Shown: positions 28,611 to 40,291, counted from the first letter of the stretch. The stretch is 64,000 nt of DNA from Candidatus Poribacteria bacterium (GCA_965214095.1 OZ243938.1:1600001-1664000), one strand, 5' to 3'. Notes: generated by a model not told the origin, from the letters alone. Translations and numbers: made by a program.

Positions 28611-28833
28611 TTGTGATTACCAATAGAATCTGTAAATATACAATAAATAGACTTAATTTGGATGGGGATAGTTCTACCAATTCTGTAGAAAAGATATTGA
28701 CAGATCATTATTCAGATATTCAAACCTTAGTGAATAATCCAGATCAAGGACTACTAATTTTGTTATAAGAGTTATTCACTGTAGAATTTGTCTTTATGTT
28801 AACCTATAAATAAGAAAGGAATATATTTTGTAT

Positions 28834-29833
28834 GAACTCATATTGAGTAAAACATAATAATGCTATATAATAGGGAAACACAAGAGTTTATTTATGTCCT
28901 ATTCTTTCACTTCATATATCTATAACTTATTGAAAGGTGTTGTTATGGCAGACAAGGTTCAAGAGCCCCTCAGATACAATGGTATTCCGAAGCAGGTTTC
29001 ACGTAAGGATTTTAATCGTTATATCAAACCTCATCTAAAGAAACGCATAAAAGGTCCCAAACCGAAACTGTCTTTCTATAAGATATTCAACTATATCCTC
29101 TATGTTTTACATACCGGTATTCAATGGGATCAACTCCGCACACGGCGTAATGAACTCCATTGGTCTAACGTCTATAAATGGCATAATCGTTGGTCAAAAG
29201 ATGGTTCTTATGAGAAACTTTTTGAAGCATCTGTCATACATCTTCATGATAGTGATCAACTTGACACCTCTTGTTTACATGGTGATGGTTCAAACACTGT
29301 TGTAAAAAAAGGGGTGACACCATAGGGTATTCAGGTCATAAACATCAAAAAGGTGAAAAAGAGGTGGCTATCACCGACAATAAAGGTTTTATCATTGGTC
29401 CAATAACCCTCAAACCAGTGAACCAACATGATACAACGATTTTGCCCGAGGCATTGACCGAACTCATCTCCTTCAGCAATCGGATTGGCATGGCACTTGA
29501 TGGTTCCGCGCTAACGCTGGATTCTGGTTTTGATTCCAAGGTGAATCATAAGATTATTAAAGAACAAGGACTGATCCCAGTGATCTACCCTAACAAACGA
29601 AACACTAAAGAACCTATCGCTATCGCTCGCAAGTTCCGGTGGTTTAGAAAAGATATATACAAAGACCGGTATAAAGTAGAGCGAACTTTCGGGTGGCAAG
29701 ATACTTACCGAAGACTCGTTCTAAGTTATGATAAACTCAAAGAAACACGTTTAGGTTTTCGTAATTTAGCATATTCAATGATAAATTTTCGAGCAACTTT
29801 CAACGATGCTTAGATGTTACTCGCTATGAGTTC
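28834..29833 (+). mobile_element. IS5-family insertion sequence, 1000 bp
   Basis: Inverted repeats gaactcatattgagtaaaacataa / ttagatgttactcgctatgagttc; TAT direct repeats at 28831-28833 and 29834-29836. Confidence 0.9.
28945..29813 (+). CDS. IS5-family transposase, two ORFs joined by a probable -1 frameshift
   Basis: ILYVLHTGIQW, HGDGS..VVKKG; A7G4 slippery site at 29304-29314; then KGGDTIGYSGHK, LDSGFD, RYKVERTFGW. Confidence 0.85.
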
Positions 29834-30334
29834 TATATTAAAACAACTACAAAACTTGCGTTAATTCTTACATTTATGATCATAGTGTTTGTGTTTTCCG
29901 GTTGCGAACGGATGACGCAAGTATTTGATTCGCAAGCAGCCATCCCGATAGAGGAACGTGACCATGTGTGGCCTGTGGATCAGAATGGTATTGAGGTGCC
30001 AATTCCTGGTACGTGGGTGTTAGTATCACATACCCACCTGAATTCCACTTCTACAATTGGTGAAAGTTTCACTTTACCAGCAGATCCACAACCTATTTTA
30101 CAAACATCCGATGGAACATACACGGATGGTGAAGGATTCCTGTGGACAAAGATAAGGCTTATAACCGCTGAGGGAGATCGCTGGCAATTCCTTGAACGCG
30201 TAGATACAAGTGTTTCTCCACATCAACTCCACGCCGTAGTTACAGTAGATGAAAATGGGATCCCAATCCTTGAATACGGAGAATATCCTTTTGATTTGCC
30301 CAAGTATAATGTGCAAATCTGGGAGAAACAGTAA
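29834..30334 (+). pseudogene. Lipoprotein gene separated from its RBS/start codon by the IS5 element
   Basis: Removing the IS gives AAAGGA-N7-TTG TAT ATT AAA... = MYIKTTTKLALILTFMIIVFVFSGC (lipobox), in frame with ORF 29876..30334. Confidence 0.7.
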
Positions 30335-30352
30335 GATTACGAATGTAAACCT

Positions 30353-31600
30353 ATGCGTATCCCCATGCTCTTCCGTTTCTCACTCTATGGATTCTTAAAG
30401 AACCAAAAATACTATGACCCGTTCCTGATTTTAGCATTTCGTGAGAAAGGTTTGTCCTTCTTTCAAATTGGTATTTTAATCGGTTTTCGGGAAATATGTA
30501 CAAACTTGTTTGAAATACCATCTGGTGCACTTGCTGACCTGTATGGCAGACGTCGCGCCATGATTTTTTCGTTCTGTGCCTATATTGCTTCATTTGCGAC
30601 ATTCGCTCTTAGTCAGACGTTTGCAATCCTATTCATGGCTATGTTCTTCTTCGGATTAGGTGATGCGTTTAGATCAGGCACGCATAAGGCAATGATTTTC
30701 GACTGGCTCAATATGCAAGGTAGATCGGACGAGAAGACGAAGATATACGGTTATACGCGCTCCTGGTCCCAAATGGGTTCAGCTGTTTCTGTACTTATTG
30801 CAGGTGCATTGGTTTTTTATCTTGGAAGTTACACAGTTATATTCTGGTACTCAATCATTCCGTATTGTTTAAACATTATCAATTTCCTTGGATATCCTGC
30901 GCGATTAGACGGTGACAGACAAAGTAAGTTCTCTCTCAAATCAGTTGCAGATATGCTCGGTAGTGCGTTGAAGCAATCTGTGCAATTTCCGCCGCTACGC
31001 AGACTTGTATTTGAGGGAATGGGTTTTGAAGGGATGTATAAAGCCAGTAAAGATTACCTACAACCCATACTCAAACAAACCGCGATTGCCCTACCTTTCT
31101 TGGTATTAATGGATGAGTCTAAACGTGCCGCATTGCTCGTGGGTGGTGTGTATTTTGTGCTATATTTTCTTTCTTCATTTGCATCTCGCAATTCACATAG
31201 GATATCAGATTGGCGTGGTGGAGATGAAGGTGCAGCACAGGTTATGTGGTGGATAGATTTGTTGCTTTTTGCCTTGTTGATTCCAGCACTCTGGTTCAGT
31301 TTGTATCCAGCGATTATAGCACTTTTCGTTGCGTTGGCAATTCTACAGAACTTTTGGAGACCTGGTTTGATTAGTCGTTTCAACGCACAGTCCACACCAG
31401 AAATGAGCGCGACGATCTTATCTATTGAAGCACAATCTAAATCATTAGCAACAATTATACTTGCCCCACTGCTTGGATGGTTAGTTGACAGTATTGGTAA
31501 TTTCTCTCCTGTTGGAATTGTTGGGACTGCGATTGCAATCGTGATACTTATTGTATATCATAGTGAATTAGAGACGAATCAGGAGATCATTGCAAAGTGA
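30353..31600 (+). CDS. MFS transporter
   Basis: EIPSGALADLYGRR motif A; about 12 TM segments. Confidence 0.9.
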   Translation: MRIPMLFRFSLYGFLKNQKYYDPFLILAFREKGLSFFQIGILIGFREICTNLFEIPSGALADLYGRRRAMIFSFCAYIASFATFALSQTFAILFMAMFFFGLGDAFRSGTHKAMIFDWLNMQGRSDEKTKIYGYTRSWSQMGSAVSVLIAGALVFYLGSYTVIFWYSIIPYCLNIINFLGYPARLDGDRQSKFSLKSVADMLGSALKQSVQFPPLRRLVFEGMGFEGMYKASKDYLQPILKQTAIALPFLVLMDESKRAALLVGGVYFVLYFLSSFASRNSHRISDWRGGDEGAAQVMWWIDLLLFALLIPALWFSLYPAIIALFVALAILQNFWRPGLISRFNAQSTPEMSATILSIEAQSKSLATIILAPLLGWLVDSIGNFSPVGIVGTAIAIVILIVYHSELETNQEIIAK

Positions 31601-31608
31601 TCTGAAGT

Positions 31609-32241
31609 ATGGAACAGATATCCTTATTCACCATAGACAAACAATTTCTTCAACCGCAACCTATCCCAAGTAATCAGCATGCTACGGATACCGTCCACGG
31701 GTTTCAATATATACCTGACTATCTAACTGACCATCAGCATGAGTGGTTATTAGACCATATTAATAAACAGGAGTGGGACACATTTTATCAACGGCGTGTA
31801 CAACATTATGGACATAGTTATAACTTCAATGGACAGCAGGAAGAACAGAAGAAGGATATTTCCGAGTTTCCAGAGTGGGTAAATAGACTCTGTCTCAAAT
31901 TGCAGAACGATGGACACATGCCGAAGATTGCTAATCAGGTGCTTATCAGTGAATATGAACCTGGTCAAGGCATCGGTGATCATACCGATAAAGAAGCATG
32001 TTTTATGGATACGATTGTTATCTTAAGTCTTGGTTCAGCTTGTGTTATGGATTTGACAAACGTCAAGGATAAGACGAGAAAGGTTCCGATTTGGCTTGCA
32101 CCGGGAAGTTTGACTGTATTGCGTGATGATGCAAAGGTGAAATGGATGCACGGAATCCCTTCACGAAAAACAGATGTGTGGGATGGACGGAAGTATGAAC
32201 GTCAGCGGCGGGTTTCGCTTAGTTTTAGGAGATTGGTGTAG
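31609..32241 (+). CDS. AlkB-family 2OG-Fe(II) dioxygenase
   Basis: RRVQHYG, YEPGQGIGDHTD, WMHGI, RVSLSFR. Confidence 0.9.
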   Translation: MEQISLFTIDKQFLQPQPIPSNQHATDTVHGFQYIPDYLTDHQHEWLLDHINKQEWDTFYQRRVQHYGHSYNFNGQQEEQKKDISEFPEWVNRLCLKLQNDGHMPKIANQVLISEYEPGQGIGDHTDKEACFMDTIVILSLGSACVMDLTNVKDKTRKVPIWLAPGSLTVLRDDAKVKWMHGIPSRKTDVWDGRKYERQRRVSLSFRRLV

Positions 32242-32269
32242 GTGTGCCTAATACTGATTGCAACAACAG

Positions 32270-32301
32270 AACCGTCACATTTATAGAAATATGTGACGGT
32301 T
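32270..32301. terminator. Bidirectional hairpin terminator
   Basis: aaccgtcacat-N10-atgtgacggtt between convergent genes. Confidence 0.65.
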
Positions 32302-32326
32302 TATATTTCTGGTAAAACTCTCTAAA

Positions 32327-32995
32327 TTAGAAACGTTCCGCTTTAACAGATGCCCATTGTGTCGTCAATTTCTCTTTTGCATCAACCGAAAACGGTTCAT
32401 CAAGCGTGAGATCGTCTTTCGGTTCACCTTCAAAATAACGGAAGTTATCCAGCCAGAAATCAACATCAGATTGTGCAATAGCTAAACCTACCCACATATC
32501 TCTGTCAATATCAACACCAGCCAGAAAAGTAAATGAATATTCTGCCCACTCTTCAGTTAGATTAAAGTTCTTGCCATTTCCATGAAATGCTGTCCAAGGG
32601 TCCTGTTGTAACTGGATATTTATGCTGACTACTCGTGGTTCTTCAGCACGTGCCCAGAAAATAATTGTATATTCTTTCCCACCCTTCATAGAGACATCCA
32701 TCTGTTTTACCTTTGCATGCCATGCTGTTCCAGTAGCTATGACACCGATAACTTTGAGGCTCTTGTCACCATGTTGTGCTTCTCTATTGTCAATTTCCCA
32801 CCGATATTCACCACCGCGGTCACAACATGTCCCATCCTCTAATGTCCAAGAGGCTAAATCTTCTTCAAAACTGTAGTTTTCAAGGAGTAGTTCCCCTTTT
32901 TCCCATTTTCCTAAGTTCTGCACGGTTCCTGAATAAGCACTAAATCCAATGAATATAGTCATTAGGATAACAATTATAAATATACCTTTGTGCAC
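32327..32995 (-). CDS. Secreted carbohydrate-binding (CBM4/9-like) protein with Poribacteria-type tail
   Basis: Signal peptide; NYSFE, YTIIFWARA, WLDNF; VDAKEKLTTQWASVK. Confidence 0.8.
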   Translation of the reverse strand: MHKGIFIIVILMTIFIGFSAYSGTVQNLGKWEKGELLLENYSFEEDLASWTLEDGTCCDRGGEYRWEIDNREAQHGDKSLKVIGVIATGTAWHAKVKQMDVSMKGGKEYTIIFWARAEEPRVVSINIQLQQDPWTAFHGNGKNFNLTEEWAEYSFTFLAGVDIDRDMWVGLAIAQSDVDFWLDNFRYFEGEPKDDLTLDEPFSVDAKEKLTTQWASVKAERF

Positions 32996-33037
32996 GTAAA
33001 ATTCTCCTTTACACCATATTTGGGTGCGTTTATTTGA

Positions 33038-33406
33038 TTAACTATTTCCACGCATGAGAGATTCCACTTCAGGTAAAATTTCCGACACAGCTTGTTGATC
33101 AACCTTGTCAGCGATACTTGTGTAACCTGCTGTGTGTATCATCTCTGCGAGATTTTTGCCAAGTTTTTCGATTGTCCATGCAACCGAATCCGGCACTTCA
33201 GTTTTATCAAGATTTCGATGGTCGTTCTTTCCCGATGGATCATAATGATAGTGCGGATTTTTATGAAAGCAGTCAAATCGTAGTAATTGCACATTTTTTC
33301 CGTCTGCTTCACCGAAAACACGCACAGAGGGACCACCATCATCTCCAAAATTGCGATTGTCCACGTGTAATTCAACGCCACCCGCGTGGAATACTTTTTC
33401 GTCCAT
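33038..33406 (-). CDS. Conserved hypothetical protein
   Basis: 122 aa; LLRFDCF..PHYHY motif; RBS GGAG. Confidence 0.7.
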   Translation of the reverse strand: MDEKVFHAGGVELHVDNRNFGDDGGPSVRVFGEADGKNVQLLRFDCFHKNPHYHYDPSGKNDHRNLDKTEVPDSVAWTIEKLGKNLAEMIHTAGYTSIADKVDQQAVSEILPEVESLMRGNS

Positions 33407-33547
33407 GATATTACTCCATCTTTATTGAAATATGAGTGAATTATACTCTGGATCTCTGTTTAAGTCAACTGAAAATGACTACGGATATACATTACAACCG
33501 ACATAATCACCCTTAATCTTTTTTATAGTATTTACTTTAAAAAACAC

Positions 33548-33576
33548 TTGCAAACCGAATAAGAACATGCTATACT
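33548..33576 (+). promoter_or_regulatory. Sigma70 promoter of the moaA/suf cluster
   Basis: TTGCAA-N17-TATACT. Confidence 0.6.
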
Positions 33577-33602
33577 ATTAAAAAATAATATTGGTCTACT
33601 CA

Positions 33603-34601
33603 ATGATGAAAGAACAACTGATTGACAAGTTTGGACGTGTCCATACGAACCTAAGAATCTCCGTCACAGATGTATGTAATTTTCGGTGTATCTATTGTAT
33701 GCCTGAAGATATGGTATTTATGCCAGATGCAGCACTGATGACATACAGCGAGATTCTGCATTTCACACGGATCTTTGTCCGCTTAGGTGTTAACAAACTT
33801 CGGATTACAGGTGGTGAACCGCTTGTACGTCCCGGTGTGCCGCAACTCATAGAACAACTCGGACAGATAGATGCGTTGAAAGATATTAGTTTGACGACCA
33901 ATGGAATCGGACTTATAACCCAAGCAAAACCACTATACGATGCTGGACTTAGGCGAATCAATGTCAGTTTGGATACGTTGAATGAAGAGAAGTTTGAACA
34001 GATGACGCGACGTAAAGTCCTTTCGCGAGTGATTGCAGGACTAAAAGCAGCACACGACTGCGGATTTAATCCAATTAAAGTCAACGCAGTTGCAATGCGT
34101 GGATTTACCGATGATGAAATCGTGGATTTGGTCACTTTCGCTCGTGAAAACAGTTATCACATGCGTTTCATAGAGTTTATGCCGCTGGATGCCGATGATA
34201 TATGGGGACGTAACATGTTCATCCCCAGCAAAGAGATTATTGATAAGATTAGCAATGTTTATCCACTGGAACAAATGTCGCTAAACGGTGATTCAAAGAG
34301 CGATACGGCACAACGTTTCCGCTTTGCTGATAATGGTGCTGAAGTCGGTGTGATACCCTCTGTGAGTGAACCTTTCTGTGAAAACTGCAATCGTATCCGT
34401 CTTACGGCTGATGGCAAGTTCCGAACATGTTTATTTTCGCTAACAGAGACTGACCTACTAACACCTTTACGTGATGGTGCGGATGATGAAACGATTGAAG
34501 CGTTAATAATTGACGCAGTTGCACAGAAGGAAGCTGGACATAAAATTAATGCTGCAGACTTTATCAAACCTGAGCGGAATATGTCAATGATTGGTGGGTA
34601 A
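33603..34601 (+). CDS. moaA: GTP 3',8-cyclase (molybdopterin biosynthesis)
   Basis: LRISVTDVCNFRCIYCM, TGGEP, FCENCNRIRLTADG, C-terminal MSMIGG. Confidence 0.97.
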   Translation: MMKEQLIDKFGRVHTNLRISVTDVCNFRCIYCMPEDMVFMPDAALMTYSEILHFTRIFVRLGVNKLRITGGEPLVRPGVPQLIEQLGQIDALKDISLTTNGIGLITQAKPLYDAGLRRINVSLDTLNEEKFEQMTRRKVLSRVIAGLKAAHDCGFNPIKVNAVAMRGFTDDEIVDLVTFARENSYHMRFIEFMPLDADDIWGRNMFIPSKEIIDKISNVYPLEQMSLNGDSKSDTAQRFRFADNGAEVGVIPSVSEPFCENCNRIRLTADGKFRTCLFSLTETDLLTPLRDGADDETIEALIIDAVAQKEAGHKINAADFIKPERNMSMIGG

Positions 34602-34615
34602 CAACGCAGATCATA

Positions 34616-34954
34616 ATGCGAGAGATACAACCAAGACAAATACAAGTATATCAAACACCTAACGGAAGAGAACCTTTCAACGAATGGTTAGTTTCAATTC
34701 GAGATATAGAACTACAAGGTCGGATACGAGCACGTCTTGAACGTCTTGAAGAAGGTAATTTAGGAGATTGTCAAACTGTTGGTGATGGGGTATTTGAGTT
34801 GCGGATCCATTTTGGAGCAGGCTATCGAATATATTTTGGACAGATAGGTAACACAATCCTTCTTTTGCTTTGTGGCGGTGATAAGTCATCACAAAGACGA
34901 GATATAGAACGGGCAAAAACATATTGGCTGGAATATAAGAGAGAACACCTATGA
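34616..34954 (+). CDS. RelE/ParE-family addiction module toxin
   Basis: GNLGD..VGDGVFELRIHFGAGYRIYF..LLLCGGDKSSQ. Confidence 0.9.
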   Translation: MREIQPRQIQVYQTPNGREPFNEWLVSIRDIELQGRIRARLERLEEGNLGDCQTVGDGVFELRIHFGAGYRIYFGQIGNTILLLLCGGDKSSQRRDIERAKTYWLEYKREHL

Positions 34955-35340
34955 GAAAAATGAGAACATGGCGCGAATGTCTTGTTGAGCAAATTAGTGA
35001 CAGGCAAAGTGCAATTGCTTATCTGCAAGCAATCCTTGAAGACTACCATATCTACAAAAATCCTGTAGTAGTTCTAAGATCCCTTCGAACCGTCGTTGAA
35101 GCGCAAGGTGGAGTTTCTAAACTCGCAAAGCAGATAGATATTGACCCTCAGTTACTATCAAAAATGATCTCCAATGAGGATATCCCTTTAATTGACGCAC
35201 TCGGAATTGTTCTTAAGTCACTTGGATATCAACTCTCAATACAACCGATAAAACCAGCAAACCTCGGCTCTGATATGTATACTGATACGTTTGAGGAACA
35301 AAGCGCATCAACACACGTAGCGGAAAATCAAATCAACTAA
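34951..35340 (+). CDS. HTH addiction module antitoxin
   Basis: AYL..LE, VVEAQGGVSKLAK HTH; ATGA overlap with the toxin. Confidence 0.85.
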   Translation: MRKMRTWRECLVEQISDRQSAIAYLQAILEDYHIYKNPVVVLRSLRTVVEAQGGVSKLAKQIDIDPQLLSKMISNEDIPLIDALGIVLKSLGYQLSIQPIKPANLGSDMYTDTFEEQSASTHVAENQIN

Positions 35341-35438
35341 AATAACGATGCAACAAAGAAATCAGATAGATCATAAAACAAGACTAAAGCATTAAATGTT
35401 TCTAATTTTACAAAAAGTAAGGAGTCCTGAGAGAAAAA

Positions 35439-36236
35439 ATGAGCAATGACTTAGTAATAAAAGATTTACACATCAGTGTGCAAGGAAATAAGATCATCAA
35501 TGGATTAAATTTAACTGTTAAACAGGGTGAGGTGCACGCTCTTATGGGACCGAATGGGTCCGGTAAAAGCACACTCGCGAACGGTTTGATGGGTCATCCG
35601 TTATATGATGTTGATTCAGGTGAGGTGATATTCAACGGTGTTGATATTTTGGAATTGGAACCGAATGAGCGCGCAAAATTAGGTCTTTTCCTGGCTTTCC
35701 AATATCCAACAGTTATCCCAGGAGTCAGTATGGCGAATTTTCTCCGGAGTGCTGTCAGTGCTGTCCGTTCTGCGGAAACGAACGGTTCTGAAAATCCTGA
35801 ACTGATTCCGATGCGTGAATTCCGCAAAGAACTACGCGAAAAAATGGATCAACTTGATATCGATGATTCCTTCGCAAGACGTTATCTCAACGATGGATTT
35901 TCTGGTGGTGAGAAAAAACGCGCTGAAATCTTGCAACTCGCGATGCTTGAACCGAAAATCGCTGTGCTTGACGAAACTGACTCCGGACTTGATATTGATG
36001 CTGTGCGAATTGTTGGTGAAAGCGTGAATAGTTTGGTTGGGCCTGAACTCGGTGTCCTGATTATCACACACTATCCAAGGCTGTTGGACTATATCCGTCC
36101 AGAGTTTGTGCATATACTGCTTGATGGCAGGATTGTGGAATCGGGTGGTTTTGAACTCACACAAATATTAGAGGCAGAAGGTTACGATCCTATTCGTGAA
36201 AAACACGGTATTGCTGAAGTTGTTCAGCAAAAATAA
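35439..36236 (+). CDS. sufC: Fe-S cluster assembly ATPase
   Basis: [26 protein letters not shown]. Confidence 0.97.
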   Translation: MSNDLVIKDLHISVQGNKIINGLNLTVKQGEVHALMGPNGSGKSTLANGLMGHPLYDVDSGEVIFNGVDILELEPNERAKLGLFLAFQYPTVIPGVSMANFLRSAVSAVRSAETNGSENPELIPMREFRKELREKMDQLDIDDSFARRYLNDGFSGGEKKRAEILQLAMLEPKIAVLDETDSGLDIDAVRIVGESVNSLVGPELGVLIITHYPRLLDYIRPEFVHILLDGRIVESGGFELTQILEAEGYDPIREKHGIAEVVQQK

Positions 36237-36256
36237 AGTACAACGGAGGAACTCAA

Positions 36257-37675
36257 ATGGCAACCCCAGAAACGCAACAACTTGACGAAATGGGAATCAG
36301 TAAAGACTACAAATACGGATTCCACGACGATATTAAGCCCACGTTCAAATCCAGAAAAGGATTGGACGAGGAAATCATCAATCAGATGTGCGATATCAAA
36401 GAAGAACCTGATTGGATGCGTGAATATAGACTCAAGGCTTACGAAATCTTTAAACAGAAACCGATGACAAAATGGGGTGGAGACCTTTCCACGCTCGATT
36501 TTGACGATATCTATTATTATGTCAAAGCCTCTGACCGTAGCGAGCGGAGTTGGGACGATGTGCCAGAAGATATCAAGAATACCTTCGACCGCCTCGGTAT
36601 ACCAGAAGCAGAACGGAAATTCCTGGCTGGTGTCGGTGCACAATACGATTCCGAGGTCGTCTATCACAATCTCGTTGAAGAATTGGATAAAATCGGTGTC
36701 ATTTTTGTAGACACAGATACTGCTGTCAAAGAATATCCTGACCTTGTGAAGAAATACTTCGGTACTATTATTCCATCTGCGGACAACCAATTTGCCGCAC
36801 TGAATAGTGCTGTCTGGAGTGGTGGTAGTTTTATTTATGTGCCTCCCGGTGTAAAGGTCGACTATCCATTGCAGGCATATTTCCGCATCAACACCGAAAA
36901 CATGGGACAGTTTGAACGTACGCTTATCATCGCTGACGAAGGTTCACAAGTGCATTACGTTGAAGGGTGCACAGCACCAACGTTCAGCAGCGAATCCTTG
37001 CATAGTGCTGTCGTTGAAATCGTCTGCATGAAAGGTTCACGGGTGCGTTACACAACTATCCAGAACTGGGCAAGTAATGTCTACAACCTTGTCACCAAAC
37101 GTGCCCTTGCCTACGAAGACGCACAGATGGAATGGGTTGATGGCAACCTCGGTAGTAAGTTGACGATGAAGTATCCGAGTGTCTATATGATGGAACCCGG
37201 TGCTCGAGGAGAAATCCTCTCTATTGCGTTCGCAAGCAAAGGACAGCATCAAGATGCAGGTGCCAAAGTCTATCATTGTGCACCGCACACTACCTCACAG
37301 ATTACATCAAAATCCATCAGCAAAGATGGTGGACGTTCCAGTTATCGTGGTTGGGTTGATGTTGCGAAAGGCGCGAAGGGATGCAAATCTCACGTTGTTT
37401 GTGATGCACTTCTACTTGACAAAGAATCGCGTTCAGATACCTATCCGGTCATTGAAATCAATGAAAACGATACGAACATTGAGCACGAAGCACGCGTTAG
37501 CAAAATCGGTGAAGAGCAACTCTTCTACTTGATGAGTCGTGGATTATCCGAAGAAGAAGCTTCTACCATGATTGTCAACGGGTTTATTGAGCCACTTGTC
37601 AAGGAACTTCCGATGGAATATGCTGTTGAGATGAACCGACTCATCCAACTTCAGATGGAAGGTTCAATCGGATAA
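36257..37675 (+). CDS. sufB: Fe-S cluster assembly protein
   Basis: [31 protein letters not shown]. Confidence 0.97.
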   Translation: MATPETQQLDEMGISKDYKYGFHDDIKPTFKSRKGLDEEIINQMCDIKEEPDWMREYRLKAYEIFKQKPMTKWGGDLSTLDFDDIYYYVKASDRSERSWDDVPEDIKNTFDRLGIPEAERKFLAGVGAQYDSEVVYHNLVEELDKIGVIFVDTDTAVKEYPDLVKKYFGTIIPSADNQFAALNSAVWSGGSFIYVPPGVKVDYPLQAYFRINTENMGQFERTLIIADEGSQVHYVEGCTAPTFSSESLHSAVVEIVCMKGSRVRYTTIQNWASNVYNLVTKRALAYEDAQMEWVDGNLGSKLTMKYPSVYMMEPGARGEILSIAFASKGQHQDAGAKVYHCAPHTTSQITSKSISKDGGRSSYRGWVDVAKGAKGCKSHVVCDALLLDKESRSDTYPVIEINENDTNIEHEARVSKIGEEQLFYLMSRGLSEEEASTMIVNGFIEPLVKELPMEYAVEMNRLIQLQMEGSIG

Positions 37676-37687
37676 TAACATGGTGTT

Positions 37688-37714
37688 GTAGGGCAAGGTC
37701 TCTGTGCCTTGGCC
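37688..37714 (+). repeat. GTAG-type REP-like palindrome
   Basis: gtagggcaaggtctctgtgccttggcc in the sufB-sufD gap. Confidence 0.55.
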
Positions 37715-37738
37715 TTACTTCACACGAGGAACAAAATA

Positions 37739-39088
37739 TTGCAAACAGGTGAATTTTCAAAAGACTATGTTGAACAAATAGCGCGTGATGAACCGCAGTG
37801 GATGCGTGACAGACGGTTGGAAGCATATTCGCTTTACGAATCGTTACCAATGCCGCATACAACTGAAGATGATACATGGCGGCGCACTGTAGATATGCGG
37901 ACACAGGATTACTGGCGACGCACTCGTCGAAACCTACGTGGATTCGCTATTGACAACTATCGTCCAGCTTCTAAAACAAATGGTAGTGCACCGGTTACAG
38001 GAGAAGTTGGTGCGGGGATTTTCGTCCAAGTTGATGGATCCACCAAACACATTCATCTGTCTCCTGAATTAGAGAAAAAGGACATTTACTTCGCTGATCT
38101 TCATACGGCTGTAAAAGAACGCGGAGACTTAATTCGTGACTACTTCATGACAAAAGCGGTCACGATAGAAACATCCCTAAAAAGTGGGAATTTTGCGAGT
38201 CATAACGCATTTGATGCGCTTCACGGTGCATTTTGGAATGGTGGATACGTAATTCACATCCCAAAAGGTGTCAGGGTAGAAGACCCAATACGGGTATTTC
38301 TTGAACACTCTGAAAACCAGCATGCGGATCTATCACATGTTCTCCTCATCGCTGAAGAGGATAGTCAAGTGGTTATTATAGAAGATAATGCATCTGAAAA
38401 GTTGGATACAGAAGGTTTACACTGTGGTGCGGTTGAGTTATTTGCCGGACAGAATGCCAATGTGACTTACGTTCAGGTGCAACACTGGAACCGTCAGGTC
38501 TGGAACTTCGCGTCACAACGCGCTGTTGTTAGCAAAGATGCGCAACTCACATGGGTCACTGCTACCTTTGGAAGTAGATTAAGCAAGCTAAACCAAGCAG
38601 TAGTGTTAGACGGTACTGGCAGTAATGCACAACTATTAGGGTTGGCTTTCACCGATGCACGTCAACATTTAGATGTTAGCACTGCACAGGAACATTTGTC
38701 ACCTTATACTTCAAGCGACCTTCTTTATAGGACTGTCTTGAAGGATAGATCACAAACCGCTTGGGGTGGAAATATCTATGTGTATCCTGGGGCAAATTAT
38801 ACCGATGCGTATCAGAAAAATGACAATCTGCTATTGAGTGAACGCGCACATGCGGATACGCTGCCCGGATTAGAGATTGAGGCACATGAAGTCCGATGCA
38901 CACACGGTGCAACTGCTGGACAGATTGATGCTGAACAAGTCTTCTACTTGATGAGTCGTGGTATACCTTACGATTTAGCAGAAAAATTGATAGTTGATGG
39001 ATTTTTTGAACCTGTCATGGAACGTATACCTATGCAGGCAGTCCGAGAAGAAATGCAAGAATTTGTCTCACATAAATTAGGAACATAA
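37739..39088 (+). CDS. sufD: Fe-S cluster assembly protein
   Basis: PGLEI..VRCTHGAT, FYLMSRG; follows sufB; probable TTG start at 37739 after GAGG. Confidence 0.93.
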   Translation: MQTGEFSKDYVEQIARDEPQWMRDRRLEAYSLYESLPMPHTTEDDTWRRTVDMRTQDYWRRTRRNLRGFAIDNYRPASKTNGSAPVTGEVGAGIFVQVDGSTKHIHLSPELEKKDIYFADLHTAVKERGDLIRDYFMTKAVTIETSLKSGNFASHNAFDALHGAFWNGGYVIHIPKGVRVEDPIRVFLEHSENQHADLSHVLLIAEEDSQVVIIEDNASEKLDTEGLHCGAVELFAGQNANVTYVQVQHWNRQVWNFASQRAVVSKDAQLTWVTATFGSRLSKLNQAVVLDGTGSNAQLLGLAFTDARQHLDVSTAQEHLSPYTSSDLLYRTVLKDRSQTAWGGNIYVYPGANYTDAYQKNDNLLLSERAHADTLPGLEIEAHEVRCTHGATAGQIDAEQVFYLMSRGIPYDLAEKLIVDGFFEPVMERIPMQAVREEMQEFVSHKLGT

Positions 39089-39139
39089 CAATTGTAAGCA
39101 CGTCATAAGACGTTGCCAAAATAGAAAGGAGTTATTACA

Positions 39140-39481
39140 ATGAATCAACCGAAAATAATCGCCTATATGAAACCTGTCTGTGGCTGGAGCAATGGTGTCC
39201 GTGCCATTTTCGCCAAATATAAATTGGATTATGAAGACAGAGATATTATTAACGACGAGAACAACTATCGTGAAATGGTGCAGAAGACACGGCAGCCTTA
39301 CCAACCATGCGTCCAAATTGATGAAGTTATGCTTGCAGATGTCAGTGGAGACGAAGTGGAAGCATATCTGCTTGAGGAAGGGATTGTCGCACAAAACGCA
39401 GCTGAAACCGATGTGCCGACTGATCAGGCATGCGAAAGTCACGATACAGCTCCTGTCAATATCGGCTTCCCAAGCAGGTAA
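39140..39481 (+). CDS. Monothiol glutaredoxin-like protein
   Basis: KPVCGWS active-site motif, QPCVQID. Confidence 0.8.
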   Translation: MNQPKIIAYMKPVCGWSNGVRAIFAKYKLDYEDRDIINDENNYREMVQKTRQPYQPCVQIDEVMLADVSGDEVEAYLLEEGIVAQNAAETDVPTDQACESHDTAPVNIGFPSR

Positions 39482-39501
39482 ACCTATTTCATAAACACAC
39501 T

Positions 39502-39526
39502 GGTAGGCGCGCTTTCTAAGCGCGCT
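39502..39526 (+). repeat. GTAG-type REP-like palindrome
   Basis: ggtaggcgcgctttctaagcgcgct; related copy on the minus strand at 60902-60926. Confidence 0.6.
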
Positions 39527-39599
39527 ATTTCCTGTTGTATAGCATTATACAAGTTTTAAGGAGGGTATTGGGATAGATTAGGAAGTATATAATATTAGA

Positions 39600-40291
39600 A
39601 TGACACTTAAGGAACATATTGATGACATTAGTGATCTGCTAAAAGAAGGGGTATTTGCGAAAGAAAAAGAACGTACAGTATCTGATCATATTGTGAATAG
39701 GCTGCTTCAGGCATTAGAACGGCCGATATTTGCACCACAGATTGTCATTGACGAGTACCTAATTGAAGGACGAAGAGTGGATTTTGCCCTGTGTCACCCA
39801 GAATCAACACCACGAGTTTTTGTTGAGGCGAAAAGGGTCGGGAACATTGATAAAGGAAGAGAAAAGTCGGACATGAACCTACAGAAGAACAGGTAGTATC
39901 TTTTCTGAAAAACTTATCTGTTCCAACTGTAAAGCCAAGATCTGTTCCTAAGGACGTTTCCATCAAGAAAAATTCGCAACGTAAGAGTAAACTACCAAAA
40001 CGACTGAGAGTTACGATGGATGGCGGAGAAGTGATTGAGCATGAAGATGGGATAGATACCTTTGTTGATGTTATTGAGAAGATAGGAATAGAACGTGTCA
40101 GAGAACTTAATATAGTCAGGAATTCTATTCCTTTTATATCTACTTCTAAAGATCCTGAACGCGATCAACACAAATGTGGTCAATATTATATAGTATCGGG
40201 ACTATCTTCAAAGAATAAGGAGAGGACTCTTAATCGGATAGCTAAGGAATTAGAAATCGAACTAGATGTAAAACTTGTTGATAAAGTTTGA
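39600..40291 (+). pseudogene. Broken HsdR-N-like restriction endonuclease gene (two fragments)
   Basis: RVDFAL...VFVEAKRVG PD-(D/E)xK motif ends at 39896; C-terminal domain (RLRVTM..GEVI..DTFVDVIEKIG) continues in another frame. Confidence 0.6.

Noticed and set aside
33420-33602. Moco riboswitch upstream of moaA
   Set aside because: The promoter lies ~25 bp from the start codon, leaving no room for an aptamer.
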